Positions 1 through 13,376 of a stretch of 64,000 bases of DNA are shown piece after piece. Under the pieces are notes generated by a model. The model was not told the DNA's origin. It was given only the letters and a program-made list of their open reading frames with translations, and did not search any database. The stretch covers positions 1-64,000 of the forward strand of contig CAUYUJ010000093.1 in the NCBI GenBank assembly GCA_963575745.1. The letters are read 5' to 3'. The stretch is from Prorocentrum cordatum (Eukaryota). Numbering within the stretch: the stretch's first letter is position 1; the number at the start of each line of letters is the position of its first letter. The translations under genes and the position numbers were made by a program.

Positions 1-1939
1 TGGGGCAGGAACGACGAGAACCCTTGAAATTGTAATACGGGAAGGCTCTGGTAGGGTCGGTGTGGCCCATCATCTCGCCCGTCGTCGGCCTGGGGGTGAC
101 CTGGCCATCGTTCTCGCTGATCTGTAGAGCTCCCTGGATCGCCCTAAAATGCAGGGACCGAACGTCCTCTGGCTGGTAGAGCGAGTCCACAGCATCGAGG
201 TGGTATCTCTTCTTGTGCTCGCGAGCGCGTCGGCAGCGCCCTCGCCCAGAATGACGCGCGAGATGCCCTGCTTCAGGAGGCACCAAGAGAAACAAGCTCG
301 CTCTCCGACGGCGCCCTCGCGACGCCCGCGGCTGGGAAAGCTGCGGCAAAACGGGGGGGGCGCCCCCGCGCGCGACGGCCTCGGCGCCAAAGATGAGCAT
401 TCCAGGCCTTGCCGACTGGACAGAAGAGGTGGATCCAACGTTGGCTCTGGGGAACAAAAGTGCCACTGCGTCTGCACAACCCAAGACAGTTCGAGGCGTC
501 GCGAATGAGCGGCGCGGTCCTCGCGCGCCGGAAGCACGCGATAATGTCCAAAAACCGTTCAGGGAAGGCCTGGCACGTAGACGACAACGCCTCCAGCCCC
601 ACCCCGCCCCTCCTCGCCGTCGTCGTCGCATGTTCTGTCGAAGCGGGTCGCAAGCTCCGCCTGCAGGTCGCACTGGACGGCGCCCAAGCCGCCCTCTCAC
701 GCAGGTCGTTGTAGGCAAGACGATATTTCCAGAGACTCGCAGTCCTGAGTAGCGGCGATGTCGGGGGCCTGATACTTTCTGCTCAGCCGACGCATAAAAT
801 GCTGCGGAAGGTGGGCATTGCGTCGACAGCCAGTCGTCCGGAGAAGGTGTTCCCACATTGAACCAGTCAACGTACTTTGGTGGCGCTGCGGACAGATACG
901 AGGCACCGAAAGGGGATATATTTGCAGGCCCAGCGCAATCCCTGCGAATGTTGCTGAAGCAGCTGGGGGCACTCTGCTGGGGCGGGGTTCTCTCCCCCAC
1001 GTGGCCAGAGATGTGGTTTCCTCTGGGGCGGGGCCAGCAGCCTTGTCGAGAGCCCCGTCGCCCAAGAGACTCCAGCATCCTGGGGACCCTGGCGGGCGAT
1101 GGGGGGCGACGACGGGCGAGGCTTCAACGGGCCCAGTGGCCCAAAAACCTGAGCAACGAAGAGTGCGCCAACTTTTTACGTCGCAGCGCGGAAGGGGCAA
1201 TCCGCACCCGCGTCCGGGCAAGACCAGGGCACGGAAGCGCGAATTACCCGCATGCAGGAGGGGGGAGGCGAGGGAGGCGGCCGCGAGAGGGGGGGGGGAC
1301 AGCGCGGGGGACACTCACGCAGCGAGGCTGCGGCGAGCGGGCAGGGGCGGCCCGGCTGAAAGGCAGCCCCTGGCGGCCGTCGCGGGGCGGCATCACGATG
1401 CACCCGGGGGGCCCAGGGGCGAGCCAGCAGCCGCAGTGCGGGCAAAGCCCAGCAAGCGGGGAGGGGGAGCAACGGGCGGCAGGAGAACCGGGGCGCCAGG
1501 CAGGGGGGAAGCAGCAGCGCGAGGGCCGGCGGTGGACCAGGAGCGCGGAGCGACCAGCGTAGCAGCTGCTGCGAGGGCGGCCCCAGGCGGAGAGCAGCGG
1601 GCCAGCCAGTGGCATGGCCGCCGGGCGGCCGACAGCAAGCCGCGGGGGCGGGTGCTCGGGCAGGGTGCAACTGGTGAAGAAAACGAACGCCACCCCGAAG
1701 CCGGTGCACGGCATCACAGCTTGGGCGTAGGCGGTGCGCAGTGCAAGTGACGCACAGGCGGGGCTCCCACGAGGGGGAGGAGAGGGACAGGCCCCTCAGG
1801 GGCCGCCCGAGGGGCCGAGGAAGGCGGCCACAGGGGGGCGGGGAAGAAGGTGGCACCCCGCACGCCCGAAGAGGCAGTACCGCGCGCAAGGTAGCACAAG
1901 ATTGTGCCAACAGGAGATGACAAGAGGGATAGTACTGTT

Positions 1940-3830
1940 ACCACTTCGCCAACATCGCATCCTGGAGTCAGAAGGCCTGGGACTTCCTGAATCAGGAGGC
2001 TGGAGATTTCGCCAAGGCAGACACCATCCTCATTGCCAAGCACCACCTGCAGGGGCCCATACACATCCAGGCCATCAAGCGGTTGGACAAATGTGGCTGG
2101 TCGGTTACCTCGCAACCGGCAGTTGGCACATCCCGTGGTGGCTATCCAAAAAAAGTGCAGAGGGAGAACACCACCGTCTTAGCGGAAGTGGCTGGATACG
2201 GGCGCGGACAGGGTAAGCCTTGCATCATCTCGGCAGATTGGAACATGGAGATGAAGTCCAGGAAATCCTACTGGTTGGGACCAAGCTGCAGGACTGGCTC
2301 AGAGACATGTCTAACTGATCCACTTGGTCAGCTCTCCACACGCGGCTCAGCTCTTGGGTGGGCCTCCCAGGCAGTCCTTGATCGTGTGAAGGGGCTCCCT
2401 AGGCTTCTGGAAGGTCAGAAAGAAATGCAGGTCCTAGGCTTGCTCAGAGGCCTGAGTGAGCAAGCTGCAACAGGTGCTCTGGAGGCCGCCCTGAAGAAGC
2501 TGTCCATGCTCCTCCACTCCTTCGCTCTCTCGTCTCTCCTCCAAGGGCTTCCACGAGTAGTTGAGGCAGTCCCAAGCCAAGGGAAGCGGAGCCCTCCACA
2601 TGCACGCCAAGACGTGGGGGCTGGAATCCTCGACACTCAGTGCAGAGCGTGACGTGGAAGGAGAGGCAATCCCAGATCCATACGGGGCCCTAGCGGCTAA
2701 ACCTGAACACTGGAGACGCCTCTGGCTCTCGGGACCTCTGGAAATCATACCTGCATGGTGGGCCGAGTTTCGGGCCAGGGCGTCTAGTGATGCCCAGAGT
2801 CGGGACCAGCTCGCGGGACACCAGTTGGAGGACGTCCTGAACTGTTTCAGGCCAGTCGTAGGTAAAGGAGCTGATTTTCAGAATCCGTTCCAAGGAGAAG
2901 CCCTCCAGGAGTTACTAGAAGTGCTGCGCCAGGGTGAGAGAACCCTCACTTGGCCCCCCAAGAGTCGGCTAATCATTACCCAGCTGATGCTTACGATCAT
3001 CACAGCAGATCGGCCGATCGCCCTGACTCAAAGTCTGTACAGACTCTGGGGACGAGCGCGAAGACAGGACATCTCTGATTGGACGGTGGAGTGTGCTCAG
3101 TTTGGGATCAGCCCGCCGGGCAACCCATCCTCCGCCAGACCCAGTGTGAGATCGCCTCGGCCCTGGGCTTCAGCTGGGCGCGGGGCCTCCAAGACCTACA
3201 GAAGTTTCACGGTGATGCTTGCTTGCAGCCTATGGTATACCGTAGACATGACAGAGAGCGTAGACTGCCCACTCCTGCCGCCTTTCCTGGCCCTGGATGT
3301 GCGCAGGGCCCCACGCCGCCTCAGGGCCTCGGGAGCCGTCTCGCAGGCCCTCTCTTTGCCCTGGCATGGGCCTGCTCGCTGGCTGCTCCCAGAGCGAGGG
3401 CGGTGCCTGAGTACCCCTGTGGAACATATCCTCGGGGATGCCCACACCCGTGCTTACCCTCCAGCTCTGGAGACGTGGGCAGGCGACCTGAACCAGAGGC
3501 ACGCAGGGAGATCGGAAGCGAGAGTTGAGCAAGCAGCCGCAGCGAGTCGCGGTCTGGGCCGGTTGCTTCAACAGGGTGGGTGTTTTAGATCTCGGCCCAG
3601 CGTCGGTTCCTTTCGAGCCACCCCAGACCTGCAAAGCAGGTCCTCGCGCATCTGGCGCGGTCTGGCCTCCGCCTCCCAGGAGGGAGCCTCGAGGAAGGAC
3701 CCAGGCATGGGTACGGTACGTGGGCTCCTCCCGGCGGCTGCTCCCGAGCAGAGCTTCCAGTCGGCCAGCTGCCGAGCGAGCAGGAGAGAGCGAGCGGTGA
3801 CATCAGACCTCGGCGCAGGCGCCCTGTGGG
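1940..3830 (+). pseudogene. Decayed non-LTR (LINE) retrotransposon ORF2 remnant (EEP endonuclease + reverse transcriptase)
   Basis: Translated pieces in changing frames: FANIASWSQKAWDFL...TILIAKHHL (EEP N-terminus, catalytic E lost), KPCIISADWNME (GDxN motif), then RT-like GKGADF...LRQGERTLTWP...DRPIALTQSLYRLWGRARR, DLQKF, TWAGDLN. Frameshifts and internal deletions. Confidence 0.75.
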
Positions 3831-3925
3831 GGCTCGGGGCCCCAGGAGCAAGCGGGGCAGGTCCGACCCACGGCCTCGAAGGCCGGGGCGGTCGTGGCGG
3901 GCACGGTGGGCGGGAGAGAACTGGC

Positions 3926-4049
3926 CATCGCTCGGACGTCCTTTCCCTGTGCTTTTTTCCGGTTCTGTGCGTGGCTTCTTCGCCAAATGATCAAGGATGC
4001 TCCTCGATGGTGCTCGCCGAGGGAGAAAAAAACACACGTCCGAGCGATG
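3926..4049. mobile_element. MITE-like element, family A
   Basis: 14-bp terminal inverted repeat CATCGCTCGGACGT/ACGTCCGAGCGATG; related copies at 8168-8289 and ~20980-21091. Confidence 0.65.
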
Positions 4050-4159
4050 CCAAGAGAAGGGGGTCTGTGCTGCTACGGATCTTCGTTGTGCGTTTCGGGA
4101 TCCCCACCACGACCCCATGATTGCCACCCGTCTGCGACTTTTGATGGGCGGCGCGCCTG

Positions 4160-4330
4160 GGGGAGAAAAGGAGGAGGGGCGGGCCTTCTCAGAGGACTCG
4201 GAAGTCCCCCGGCCTCCTGTGAACTCTTCGAAGCCTTCCCCGAAGAAACCGAAAACCTCCCAAAGGCGCGAGGGCTTCTGAGAAGTCCCGCCGCCTTTTG
4301 AGAAGGCCTTCTCCTTCTCATTTTCACCCC
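4160..4330. mobile_element. MITE-like element, family B (TTCTCAGAA/TTCTGAGAA-rich)
   Basis: Related copies at ~16640-16965 and 21516-21671; the last has the TIR AGTGAGAAGG/CCTTCTCACT. Confidence 0.55.
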
Positions 4331-5744
4331 TCGCTCGCCACCGATAGGAATACAGTTGACGCCCTCCGACCTGGGACAGAAGAACACCCCTCAAGAACAT
4401 GACCCTCCGATGGCCAAAACACACGGAACATCCAAGGGTACCCTCCCCCAGGATGCACAGGAACATCCCACAAACACGAAGAACATCAGGATACCCTCCC
4501 CGACCCGACCTGTACAGTTGACGCCCTGACACTAGCCGCCGATTTTAAAGAGTCACTGCACCGACCTTACAGACGTGCTGAAATGGCGAGCGAAAAACGA
4601 CGTGAATTTCACGTGGATGTGTTGTTTAGCCTTGATTCCTGGCGCAGAAAATCCGCACCAAATGAACTTCGAAATCCAGAGCAACACTCTCCAGGACAAC
4701 TCGGGCCGCGTCTACTGCTCTTCGACCGAAATCCGCTCTGCGATGTCGGCGCCATGACATTCACCCGTTTTCTGTCCCTGCGGCAGGCATGCGAGCGTGG
4801 CCTCCGCGCTGCGTGGGCGGAAGGCGCTCGAGCGACGGCAGGAGGCAGCACACGGCTTCGCTGCGGCCACTGTTGCCTGTCTCGGCTACACGTAAGAGCG
4901 ACCCTAGGCAAGAGTAGCCTTTGGTGCGCGGCCAAGGGCCTTTGGGGACACCACTAGGCGCGCAAGCCTCTGCTATCGCCTCGCATTCGGCGGTCCGGGG
5001 GCCCATTGGGCCCGCACCAAAGGTCAGTCCGGCGAAAGATCACTCTCACGTGTAGAGGGCTGTCTTTCGGAAACGAGATGGATACCACAGAGGCCAGCCA
5101 CTGGGAGAACACCAGATGGCGAGGTGCTCCACGCTCTCTCCCGTGACCCAGAGCGTCTTACTCTTGAACTCGACTGACATGACGAAAAGAAAAAAAACAC
5201 TGAACTCTTGAACTCTACTGACATGACTGCGTTTTTGTGTGTGTGTTTGTGTTTTTGTGTGTGTGTGTGTTGTGTTGTTTGTTTATGTTTTTGTGTTTTT
5301 GGTGCGTTTCCCCCCCCCCCCCCGAGTGAGCACTGCAACAGCGGGGCAGGCTGAGCTGACATGCGTGGAAAGGGCGGAACGAGATGCGAGCAGCGGGAGC
5401 GCATGCCCAGGCCGCTCTGCTTGAAATGGTTATCTCGGGGGCATGGCTCGGAGACCTGTCCCCAGGCCAACGGAGGCCATGGGAGACCCAGGGGCCAACC
5501 CCTCCAAACCTCCTGCTGCTCCTCCTCTTCTTATTCGTATTCGTATTACTATTGGTATTATTCTTATTATGAATAGTATGTTTAACACTCGTATTACTAG
5601 TATTCGTAGTACTCTTCTTCCGAATATTTGTATTAGTGTGAATATTATTAGTAGTATGATTGCTCGTTTTACTCTTTGTAATAATGTTAATAGTGTGTGT
5701 CTTAGTATGTGTGTTTGGATGCTTCTGCTTATACTTATTAGTAG

Positions 5745-5930
5745 TATCTCCTCTTCTCCCTCCTCGTCCTCCTCGTCCTCCTCCTCCTCCTCCTCCTCCT
5801 CCTCCTCCTCCTCCTCCTCCTCCTCCTGCTCATCCTGCTCCTGCTCCTGCTCCTGCTCCTCCTCCTCCTCCTCCTCCTCCTCCTCCTCCTCCTCCTCCTC
5901 CTCCTCCTCCTCTCCTCCTCCTCCTCCTCC
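5745..5930. repeat. (TCC)n microsatellite
   Basis: Read directly; the poly-S/P/E ORFs here are artefacts. Confidence 0.95.
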
Positions 5931-6161
5931 GCCGCGTCTCAGCTTGGATGAGGGTGAATTTGACCTTTCGACACGATGCTCGATGAGGCTACGCGCGGCA
6001 GAGAAGCCCAGGAGGCAGGGAAAGCTCGAGTGTGTGGCCTGCATTGAGTAACCCACTTCGGGGCCCCAATCCTCATCCGCTTGGACCTCGCCCAGCTGCC
6101 CTGAATGTGAGCCCCTCAGAAACCCCTCTTCCTCAGGTTCTGCTCATGTTTGCGGCCGCGA

Positions 6162-6432
6162 GAGGGGGGTTAGGGGGAGGGGGAAGGCTTAGAAGGAGGC
6201 CGTTCCTTAGAAACCGCGGGCCTCACATCTACAGACAAGGCCCACGCCTTCTAAAAAGCAGGGGGTGCTTCGAAGGAGCCTTCCCCCTTCGCCCTAAGGT
6301 GGGGGGAGGGGGAAGGCTTAGAAGGAGGCCGTTCCTTAGAAACCGCGGGCCTCACATCTACAGACAAGGCCCACGCCTTCTAAAAAGCAGGGGGTGCTTC
6401 GAAGGAGCCTTCCCCCCTCGCCCTACCCCCCT
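6162..6432. mobile_element. MITE-like element, family C, with internal ~125-bp tandem duplication
   Basis: Two near-identical units (GGAAGGCTTAGAAGGAGGCCG...GAAGGAGCCTTCCCCC) with G-rich/C-rich inverted ends; single-unit relative at ~21355-21495. Confidence 0.6.
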
Positions 6433-6483
6433 CGCAGTCCATGCGTCGACCCCAACCCCATGCGGGCCTGCACTCGGCTGGTT

Positions 6484-7216
6484 CTAGTGCTCAAAACCGC
6501 CCACCATGCCTTCAGCACATAGTGGAGCACCCCAAGGCTTATGCAGCCTTGCAGCCCTGCGAGGCAGAGCGCTGGTAAGGTGGTCCGAGGGCCCGGACCC
6601 CCAATTTCTCGGCCGCTCCCGGGATTTCTGGGGATTCCAAGACAGTTTCAAAACGGCCCATTGTGGCCCCAAGACGGCCCAAGGGGCTCGCAAGACGCCT
6701 TAAGAGGGCCCCGAGAGCACCCTGAAGGCACAGGTCGCCCCGTTCCCAATGGAAAGCGTGGATTCTCATTATATTGCAAGACGGCCCAGGAAGCTCCCAA
6801 AACGGCACCAAAGGGCCCCAAGACGGCACAAGAGGCGCCCAAGACGGCACAATAGGCGCCCAAGACATCCCAAGAGGGCCCCAAGAGGGCCCCAAGATGG
6901 GCCCCAAGCTGTGGAACTCGAGCTGAGATTTCGAGCCCTCCGCCCCAAGGGGGCGCCCGCGATCGCCAGCAAGCCCCCAAGAAGCCCCCAAGAGGCCCCC
7001 AAGAGGCCCAGAAGAAGCCCCAAGAGGCCCCCAAACAAAACGGGCCCTCATGAGGCCCCAAGAGGCTTCAAAACTGCATCCAAGAGACTCCCCAGAGGCT
7101 TCCCAAGAGACCCCAACAAGCATCCAAAAGTCCACTTACCCACTCACCCAAAAGGGACTTCGGCCCATCCCTCCACCAACCCAGGCTTGGTGGAGGGATG
7201 GGCCGAAGTCCCCTAG
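6484..7216 (+). mobile_element. Non-autonomous element with CCCAAGA-type low-complexity body and 26-bp terminal hairpin, bounded by CTAG
   Basis: CTAG at 6484-6487 and 7213-7216; perfect inverted repeat 7154-7179/7187-7212; related element ~20090-20900 also ends in GATGGGCCGAAG. Confidence 0.5.
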
Positions 7217-7971
7217 ATGGTCACAATGCGGTAGCACGCTCCTGGCACTCGAAACCGTTCGTCGGTCCTATGGCGAACCACGCCCGCTGCGGGCCTAGGA
7301 CAAACATAAGACGGCTGGTTCGAGCAAGAGAAATTTGTCACAAGTCGGTGGCGCGCGCCCCTCGCACTCGAAAACTTCGTCGCCAGCCCGAATGCGTCTC
7401 CGCCCGCTGCCGGCCTGGACAGAGTCACAAAAACGTAGATCTCGGCCATAGAATGAGTCGAGTTCGGTCCTGCGCACCTCTCGGACCCGAGTGCCATGTC
7501 TGAACTCTTGCACCAGCTCTCCTGGGAATCGTGCGCAAGTTCTGCTGCGACATGTGATGTCACTTTGTTCCTGTAGCTCTCATACAGCCCTTTCACCTTC
7601 GGGGCCATTGCTCATCTTGAGGGAATTCGTAATTGAATTGTCGGGGGCGCGCAGATATGGATCGGGGGAGGTGCCCTCCCCAAAATGCGGCTGGTGCCGC
7701 CTCGCTCGGCGGCGGAAATCCGCGATCTCCCATGGAAACGGGACCGGTCGCAAATCCACGCCACCTTCATCCATGTCTGCGATCGCCCGAAATTGGCATG
7801 CCGAAGTCTCGTCTCGTAAGCGCCCCGTGCGCCGGCTGGGCCTGCTCTAAACTTTCACCTGGTGTGGTGGGCTCGTGTTCCACCGCCACCACCATAAGTG
7901 GGAGGGGGAGGGGGCCCTCCTCCTCATCTTCTTCCTCTCCACCCCCCTCCAACTCATTCGGAAGCCGGGCA

Positions 7972-8132
7972 AGGGCTGCTAAATCCGTGGCTGCTAAAAT
8001 CGACCTCCGGGCAGTTGTCTTCGTCCTTCCGGGAAGAAGCCCGCTGCCTGTTTCGCGCGCCGCGCCTCCTTCCGGGAAGTTGCTTTTTCCTTCCGGGAGG
8101 GCCGTTTTAGCAGCCACGGTTTTAACAGCCCT
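7972..8132. mobile_element. MITE-like element, family D
   Basis: ~28-bp imperfect TIR AGGGCTGCTAAATCCGTGGCTGCTAAAA / TTTTAGCAGCCACGGTTTTAACAGCCCT. Confidence 0.55.
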
Positions 8133-8779
8133 CGCCCAGCTTCCAACTCATGATGGCGGTGGCTCGCCATCGCTCGGACGTCCATTCCGTGTGCTTTTGT
8201 TCGGTTTCGTGCGCGGCTTTCTCGCCAAGTGATCAAGGATGCTCCTCGATGGTCCTCGCCGAAGGAAAAATGCACACGTCCGAGCGATGCCGAGGTGGTG
8301 GACAACACAACACGCCCAGCACGGTGGGCGACCGCCGGGGAGTCGTGAGCGCCCCGTGCACGGGCAGGGTCTGCCCCGGGGCGTCGCGCGGGGGGCGGTC
8401 GTGGGCAGCTCGCGGGCCCCTCGCGCTGCCTGCACTGCTTGCGTGACATGCAGTCATATACATAGTATACACATCAATGTGTATATATCTATATATAAAG
8501 AAAAGCGCGTGTATATATATAAGCATACATATATACACAGGCATATAAGTATTTGCTGACATATATAAATGTGAATATATCTATATATACACACACGCAT
8601 GCACACATATAGTAGATCGCATAAATACATATACGTACTCATACATATAGTTATACGTATATACACACATCTTTCTATACATATATATAGATTCGGCATA
8701 TATTCCTATTCATACATTTTTATGGGACCGGGGAGCCCAGTCCCCCGCGCCCCCCCACCCCACCCGCAAACGAATTTCG

Positions 8780-9830
8780 AATCGTCGGGCCTGTGTTGCG
8801 CCTGTCTGCGGCCATCCTGGGGTCATCTTGACGCCCCCCAAGCCGAAAGCATTGTTTTTTTCGTAGGGCTTTCTCTGATGTTCGACTTTCCGGGCCCTGT
8901 TGCGCCAGCCTTGGGCCTCTTTGGGGATCGTCTGGGAACTCATTTGGAGCCCTCCTGAAGTTATCTCGACGTCTCAAGAGCTGATCGTAAGCGACAAAGC
9001 GAGAAGGCCAAAAACGTTGTTTTCTCATGCATTGATTTTCAATGCCTTATCGAATAGCCTTAAATCTCTTTAGGGCTCGTCCGGGGACTCGTTTGGAGCC
9101 GTCATGGGGCAATCTTGGCGCCTCAAGAGCGGATAGTAAGCGAAAAGGCGAGAAGGCCAAAAACATTGATTTCCCAATGGGTTCTCCTCGATTGTCAATT
9201 ATTTTTGCCTTTTTCGGCCAGCCTTTGGCTTCTGTGGGCCTCGGCTTGCGCCTCTCTAGAGCCAGCCTGGGGCTATCTTGACGCCTCCCGAGCCAACCAG
9301 AAGCGAAAAGGCGAGAAGGGCGAAAACATTGCTTTGCCCATGGGTTTTCATTGATGTTCGAACCTCCGGGCCCTCTAGGGCCAGTCTGCGCCCTCCTGGC
9401 TCCTCTGGGGACTCACTTGGAGCCGTCATGGGCTTATCTTGATGCCTCGAGAGATGTCAAGAGCCAATCGGAAGCGACAAAGCGAGAAGACCGAAAACAT
9501 CGATTGTCCCATGGTTTTGTTTTGAGTATTATCAATTATGTGGGCCCTTTTCGGCCAGCCTTGGGCCTGTGGGCCTCGGCTTGCGCCCCTCTGAAGCAAT
9601 CCCGAGGTCATCTTGACGCCTGTCGAGTCATCCAGAAGCGAAAAAGAGAGAGGGTCGAAAACATTGTTTTTCCAAATATTGTTTTCTAATGTCCGACTCT
9701 GCGGGCCCTGTTGGATTGTGGCCTTCCCAGGCCCTGATGGGCCAGCCTTGGGCCTCTCTGGCGCCTGTTTTGAAACCCTCTGGGGCCCTCCTGAGGCCGC
9801 AGGAGCCGATTGGAAACGAAAGCGCGCGAC
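8780..9830. repeat. Degenerate tandem repeat (~180-200-bp units)
   Basis: Recurring ATCTTGACGCCTC...AAGCGAAAAGGCGAGAAGG...AAAACATTG and GCCAGCCTTGGGCCT blocks. Confidence 0.7.
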
Positions 9831-10779
9831 ACATTGGGAAGAAGGAGGGGGGAAGGAAGAGGAGGAGGAGGAGGAGGAGGAGGAGGAGGAGGATGAAGAG
9901 GACGACGAGGACGGAGAGAAGGACCAGAATAATGGAGAAGATGCAGACAGAGGAGAAGCAGGAAGAAGAAGACGAGTAGGAAGTGGAGGAAGAGGAAGAG
10001 GAGGAGGAGGAGAAGGAGAAATTAGAGGAAGAGGGAGAGAGAGGAGAAAGAGGATGAGGATGAGGAGGAGAGAGGAGAGGAGGAAAAGGGGGAGGAGGAG
10101 ACAGAGGAGGATGCCTTGCTTCATGCTAGACCAGCCACAGGCCTGAGACGTATTCGTGCCTCTGGGCCCCGAGACGCCCTGAGCTGGCCTCAGCTGGTGT
10201 TGTCCGGCTGCTCCCGCCTCGGAATTCCTCGCCCATTCCGATTTGGCGGTGGCCCGCCCCATGTCCACTCGCACGCGCGCCGCCTGCATCCGAAACTACA
10301 AGGAACAAGGTGCATGGTGCCAAGCGCCACTGCAGTCTTGTATACATGCATACATTTGCATATATATATAGAGAGAGAGATATGGAACTATAATGTGATA
10401 TACAGATGAATGTGTATTTGTGTATATATATATGTATTTGTTTATATACAAATGGTGTATATGTGTATATATATGTATACGTATATGCAGGATGTGTAAA
10501 TACATATATATATATATATACATACATACATACATACATACATACATACATACATACACAAATCAGCCACCGTGCCCCTCTGGCACGCTGAGGCGTGGAA
10601 GCATGCTAAGGTCTGTCTGGTGGGGAATTTTGCCATCTGATAAAGGGACCCCCCCCCTCCTCCTGCTCCTCCGCCTCCCCCATCTCCTCCTCCTCCTCCT
10701 CCTCTTCCTCCTCCTCCTCCTCCTCCTCCTCCTCCTCCTCCTCCTCCTCCTGACGCTGCCCGCGGACTGCTGCATGCCT

Positions 10780-11100
10780 CGCCCCTCCTTTCCGAGGCCA
10801 CCTCCCTCGCGCGTGCCCGCTCGAGGCTGGTGCGCTTCCAGCATGGCAGCGAGTGCCACAGCCCCCGTTCCGCGCGTGCCCGCTCGAGGATGGGTGCACC
10901 TCCTGCGTGGCAGCGGATGCCCTGAATCCCCCCCTCCACGCGTGCACGCTCGAGGATGGTGCACTTCCCACAGGGCAGCTGATGCCCGAACCCTCCTTCC
11001 ATGCGCGCCAGCTCGGGGATTGTGCACTTCCCGCATGGCTGCTTACTCCTGGACCCCTCATCCCGCAGGCACCCGATCAAGGATCGTGCACCTCCCGCAT
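10780..11100. repeat. ~60-bp degenerate tandem repeat
   Basis: Repeated CGCGTGCCCGCTCGAGGATGGTGCACTTCC. Confidence 0.7.
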
Positions 11101-12736
11101 TCCCAAGCGCTGCTCCCAAGCGCTCCAGGGCCTCCCAAGCCACGAGCCCTCTGTCAAAACCATCCCGAGCTTTCAAGGCGGCCCGCGCGGGCAACCAAAG
11201 ACACCAAGGTGGCCCAAGATGCACTGAAAACGGCCCAGGATGGCCCCAAGGCGGCCGAGTATTGACTCAAGGCGGCCCAAGGAACCTCCAAGAGGGCCCA
11301 GAGGGCCACAGGAAGACCTCCAACAGGGTCCGAAGAAGCCAAAATCATTGATATTCACTGGGTTCGTGCATGATGTTGGCATTCTCGCCTCTCTGGCTGC
11401 CGTCAGCTCAAGACGGCACAAAAGGACTCCGCGACGGCCCAGGAGGCATCCAAGACGGCCCCGGGACGACCCAAGAAAGGGGCCTCCCGTGGGGCCAGAG
11501 ACGGCCTGAGACCAGAAGCTCAGGAGGGCACAACAACGGCCCAAGAGAGCCCCAAGCGGGCTTAAGCGGGCCCTGAGACGGCCCAACATGGCCCCGAGAG
11601 ACCCCTTCAAGACTTCAAGACTGCCTCACAGGAGGCCAAGACAGCCCCAAGACGGCCCAAACGAGTTGCATCCTCCTCCTCCTCCTCCTCCTCCTCCTCC
11701 TCCTCCTCCTCCTCCTCCTCCTCCTCCTCCTCCTTCCCCCCTCATCACCATCATCATCAGCAGCATCCTCCTCATCATCATCAGCATCATCAGCATCATC
11801 GTCGTCGTCATCGTCGTCATCATCATCATCCTCATACTCCTCAACATCCTCGCCACGGCTCTCCCAAACCTGGAGGCGCGAAACGTCACACGTGACGCCC
11901 TCCCGTGCCCCCTCGAACAGTCACCACAAAGAATGTTGGGCTGACACGATGGCGGGACGTGCCGCTGGCAGCTGGATATATGTACGCAGATTATATATAT
12001 GTGCGTGTGTGTAATACACCACCCTGCGTACATCTCACAATTTACGCCGCACAGCTTGCACCACATCGCTATGATCGCATTGCGGTCACCACATGCAACA
12101 AAGCTCACACCAAGCGTAGCTTGCTTCACACTGCCGACACACCAAGAGTGCAAGATCTCCTTGTTTGGGTGGGGGGCACGCCGGAAGGGAAGGCTTTCCC
12201 TGCTGGAAAAAGTGCTGCCACACCGCACAGACGAGAACAACGTGTACGCGCTCTGCCGCCAGCTGGCCAGTGCGAGAGTGGCCCGCTGCTCGAGCACCAC
12301 CACCCTCGGCCACACGACGAGAATAGAGGAGCGAAGGCACGCGAGACGCGTGCGGGAGGGGGGGGCGCAGGACCAGGGAGGTCAAGCCAACGAAAGGAGG
12401 AGAGGCGGCTGTGCAGGGACATCGAGAACACAACCCACGGCTGGCGAGACATGCCGCGGGGCGGGGGGGGGCTCGACGTTGTGGCCGTACCTGGACGCAT
12501 GCTCGGGGCCGCGGTGCTACACTGGGTTGCCAGGGGAGAATCAGAATGGAGGATCGCGGCGATAGAAGGAACCTGCTTCACATGACTCCCGCTACCCCGA
12601 CTGAGATGCGGTGGCCTAAAAGGGTCGCCCAGCACGCCATCGCCTTCCGCCGTCGGCTGCTCAGCTTCCACTCCTGCAGGGGTGGATTCTCGCACCACGC
12701 TGTTCTACGTTCGCGGTGTGACGATATTCTAGAGAC

Positions 12737-12978
12737 CTCCTAGATGGGGTCGGAGTAGATGGGGTCGGAGGATCGCGCCGCATCGCCGATACACCGGCGA
12801 TGAATCAGTGATGCATCGGCGATGCATCGGCGATGCACCAGCGATGCATCGTCGACGGGGGCGATGCATCGGCGACGTCGACGTTAAGCAAATCGGGATC
12901 CACATCGAGCCGCATTGGCTATGCATCGGCGATGTGGAGCGATCCTCCGACCCCATCTACCCCGACCCCATCTAGGAG
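12737..12978. mobile_element. MITE-like element, family E
   Basis: Long TIR CTCCTAGATGGGGTCGG(A/G)GTAGATGGGGTCGGAGGATCG and its reverse complement; internal GCATCGGCGAT repeats. Confidence 0.7.
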
Positions 12979-13255
12979 CCCTAGATATTCGGCATGTTGG
13001 AGAAGCACAGGCGTGCCAACGATCAAATCGAGGACACGGCACTGGCATCGTGACCAAAGCGCTCGGTGCAGTGTGCGGCCGACAGCGGCAGTGCAGGACA
13101 GCAGCAAGGCAGGGGGCGGGACAGCGAGAGAGAAGCACGGGGAGAGGGAGAAGGCAGCCAGGGCAAAGACAGGCGACGAAGGGGGACCAGTGGGAAGAGG
13201 CAGACGCAGAGCCGAGGAAACCAGGAAATAAGGATGTGCACGTCCGAACGGCAGC

Positions 13256-13376
13256 CTCTTCACACTTCCGCAATTGGGATCGTCTGGGGTGGGCAGCATC
13301 AACCCAGAATTGCTGAATGGATCCTCGCGCGGTCAATTCTTCTCGGAATGGCAACCATGAAATATGGCTGAGTGTC
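13256..13376 (-). CDS. Putative internal exon of an unidentified host gene
   Basis: Unique sequence between repeats; AG|G acceptor and AG|GC donor; open frame TLSHISWLPFREELTARGSIQQFWVDAAHPRRSQLRKCEE. No homology recognised. Confidence 0.35.

Noticed and set aside
818..1750. 310-aa ORF as ORF1 of the decayed LINE
   Set aside because: The position fits, but there is no recognisable motif and several frames are open in this GC-rich stretch.
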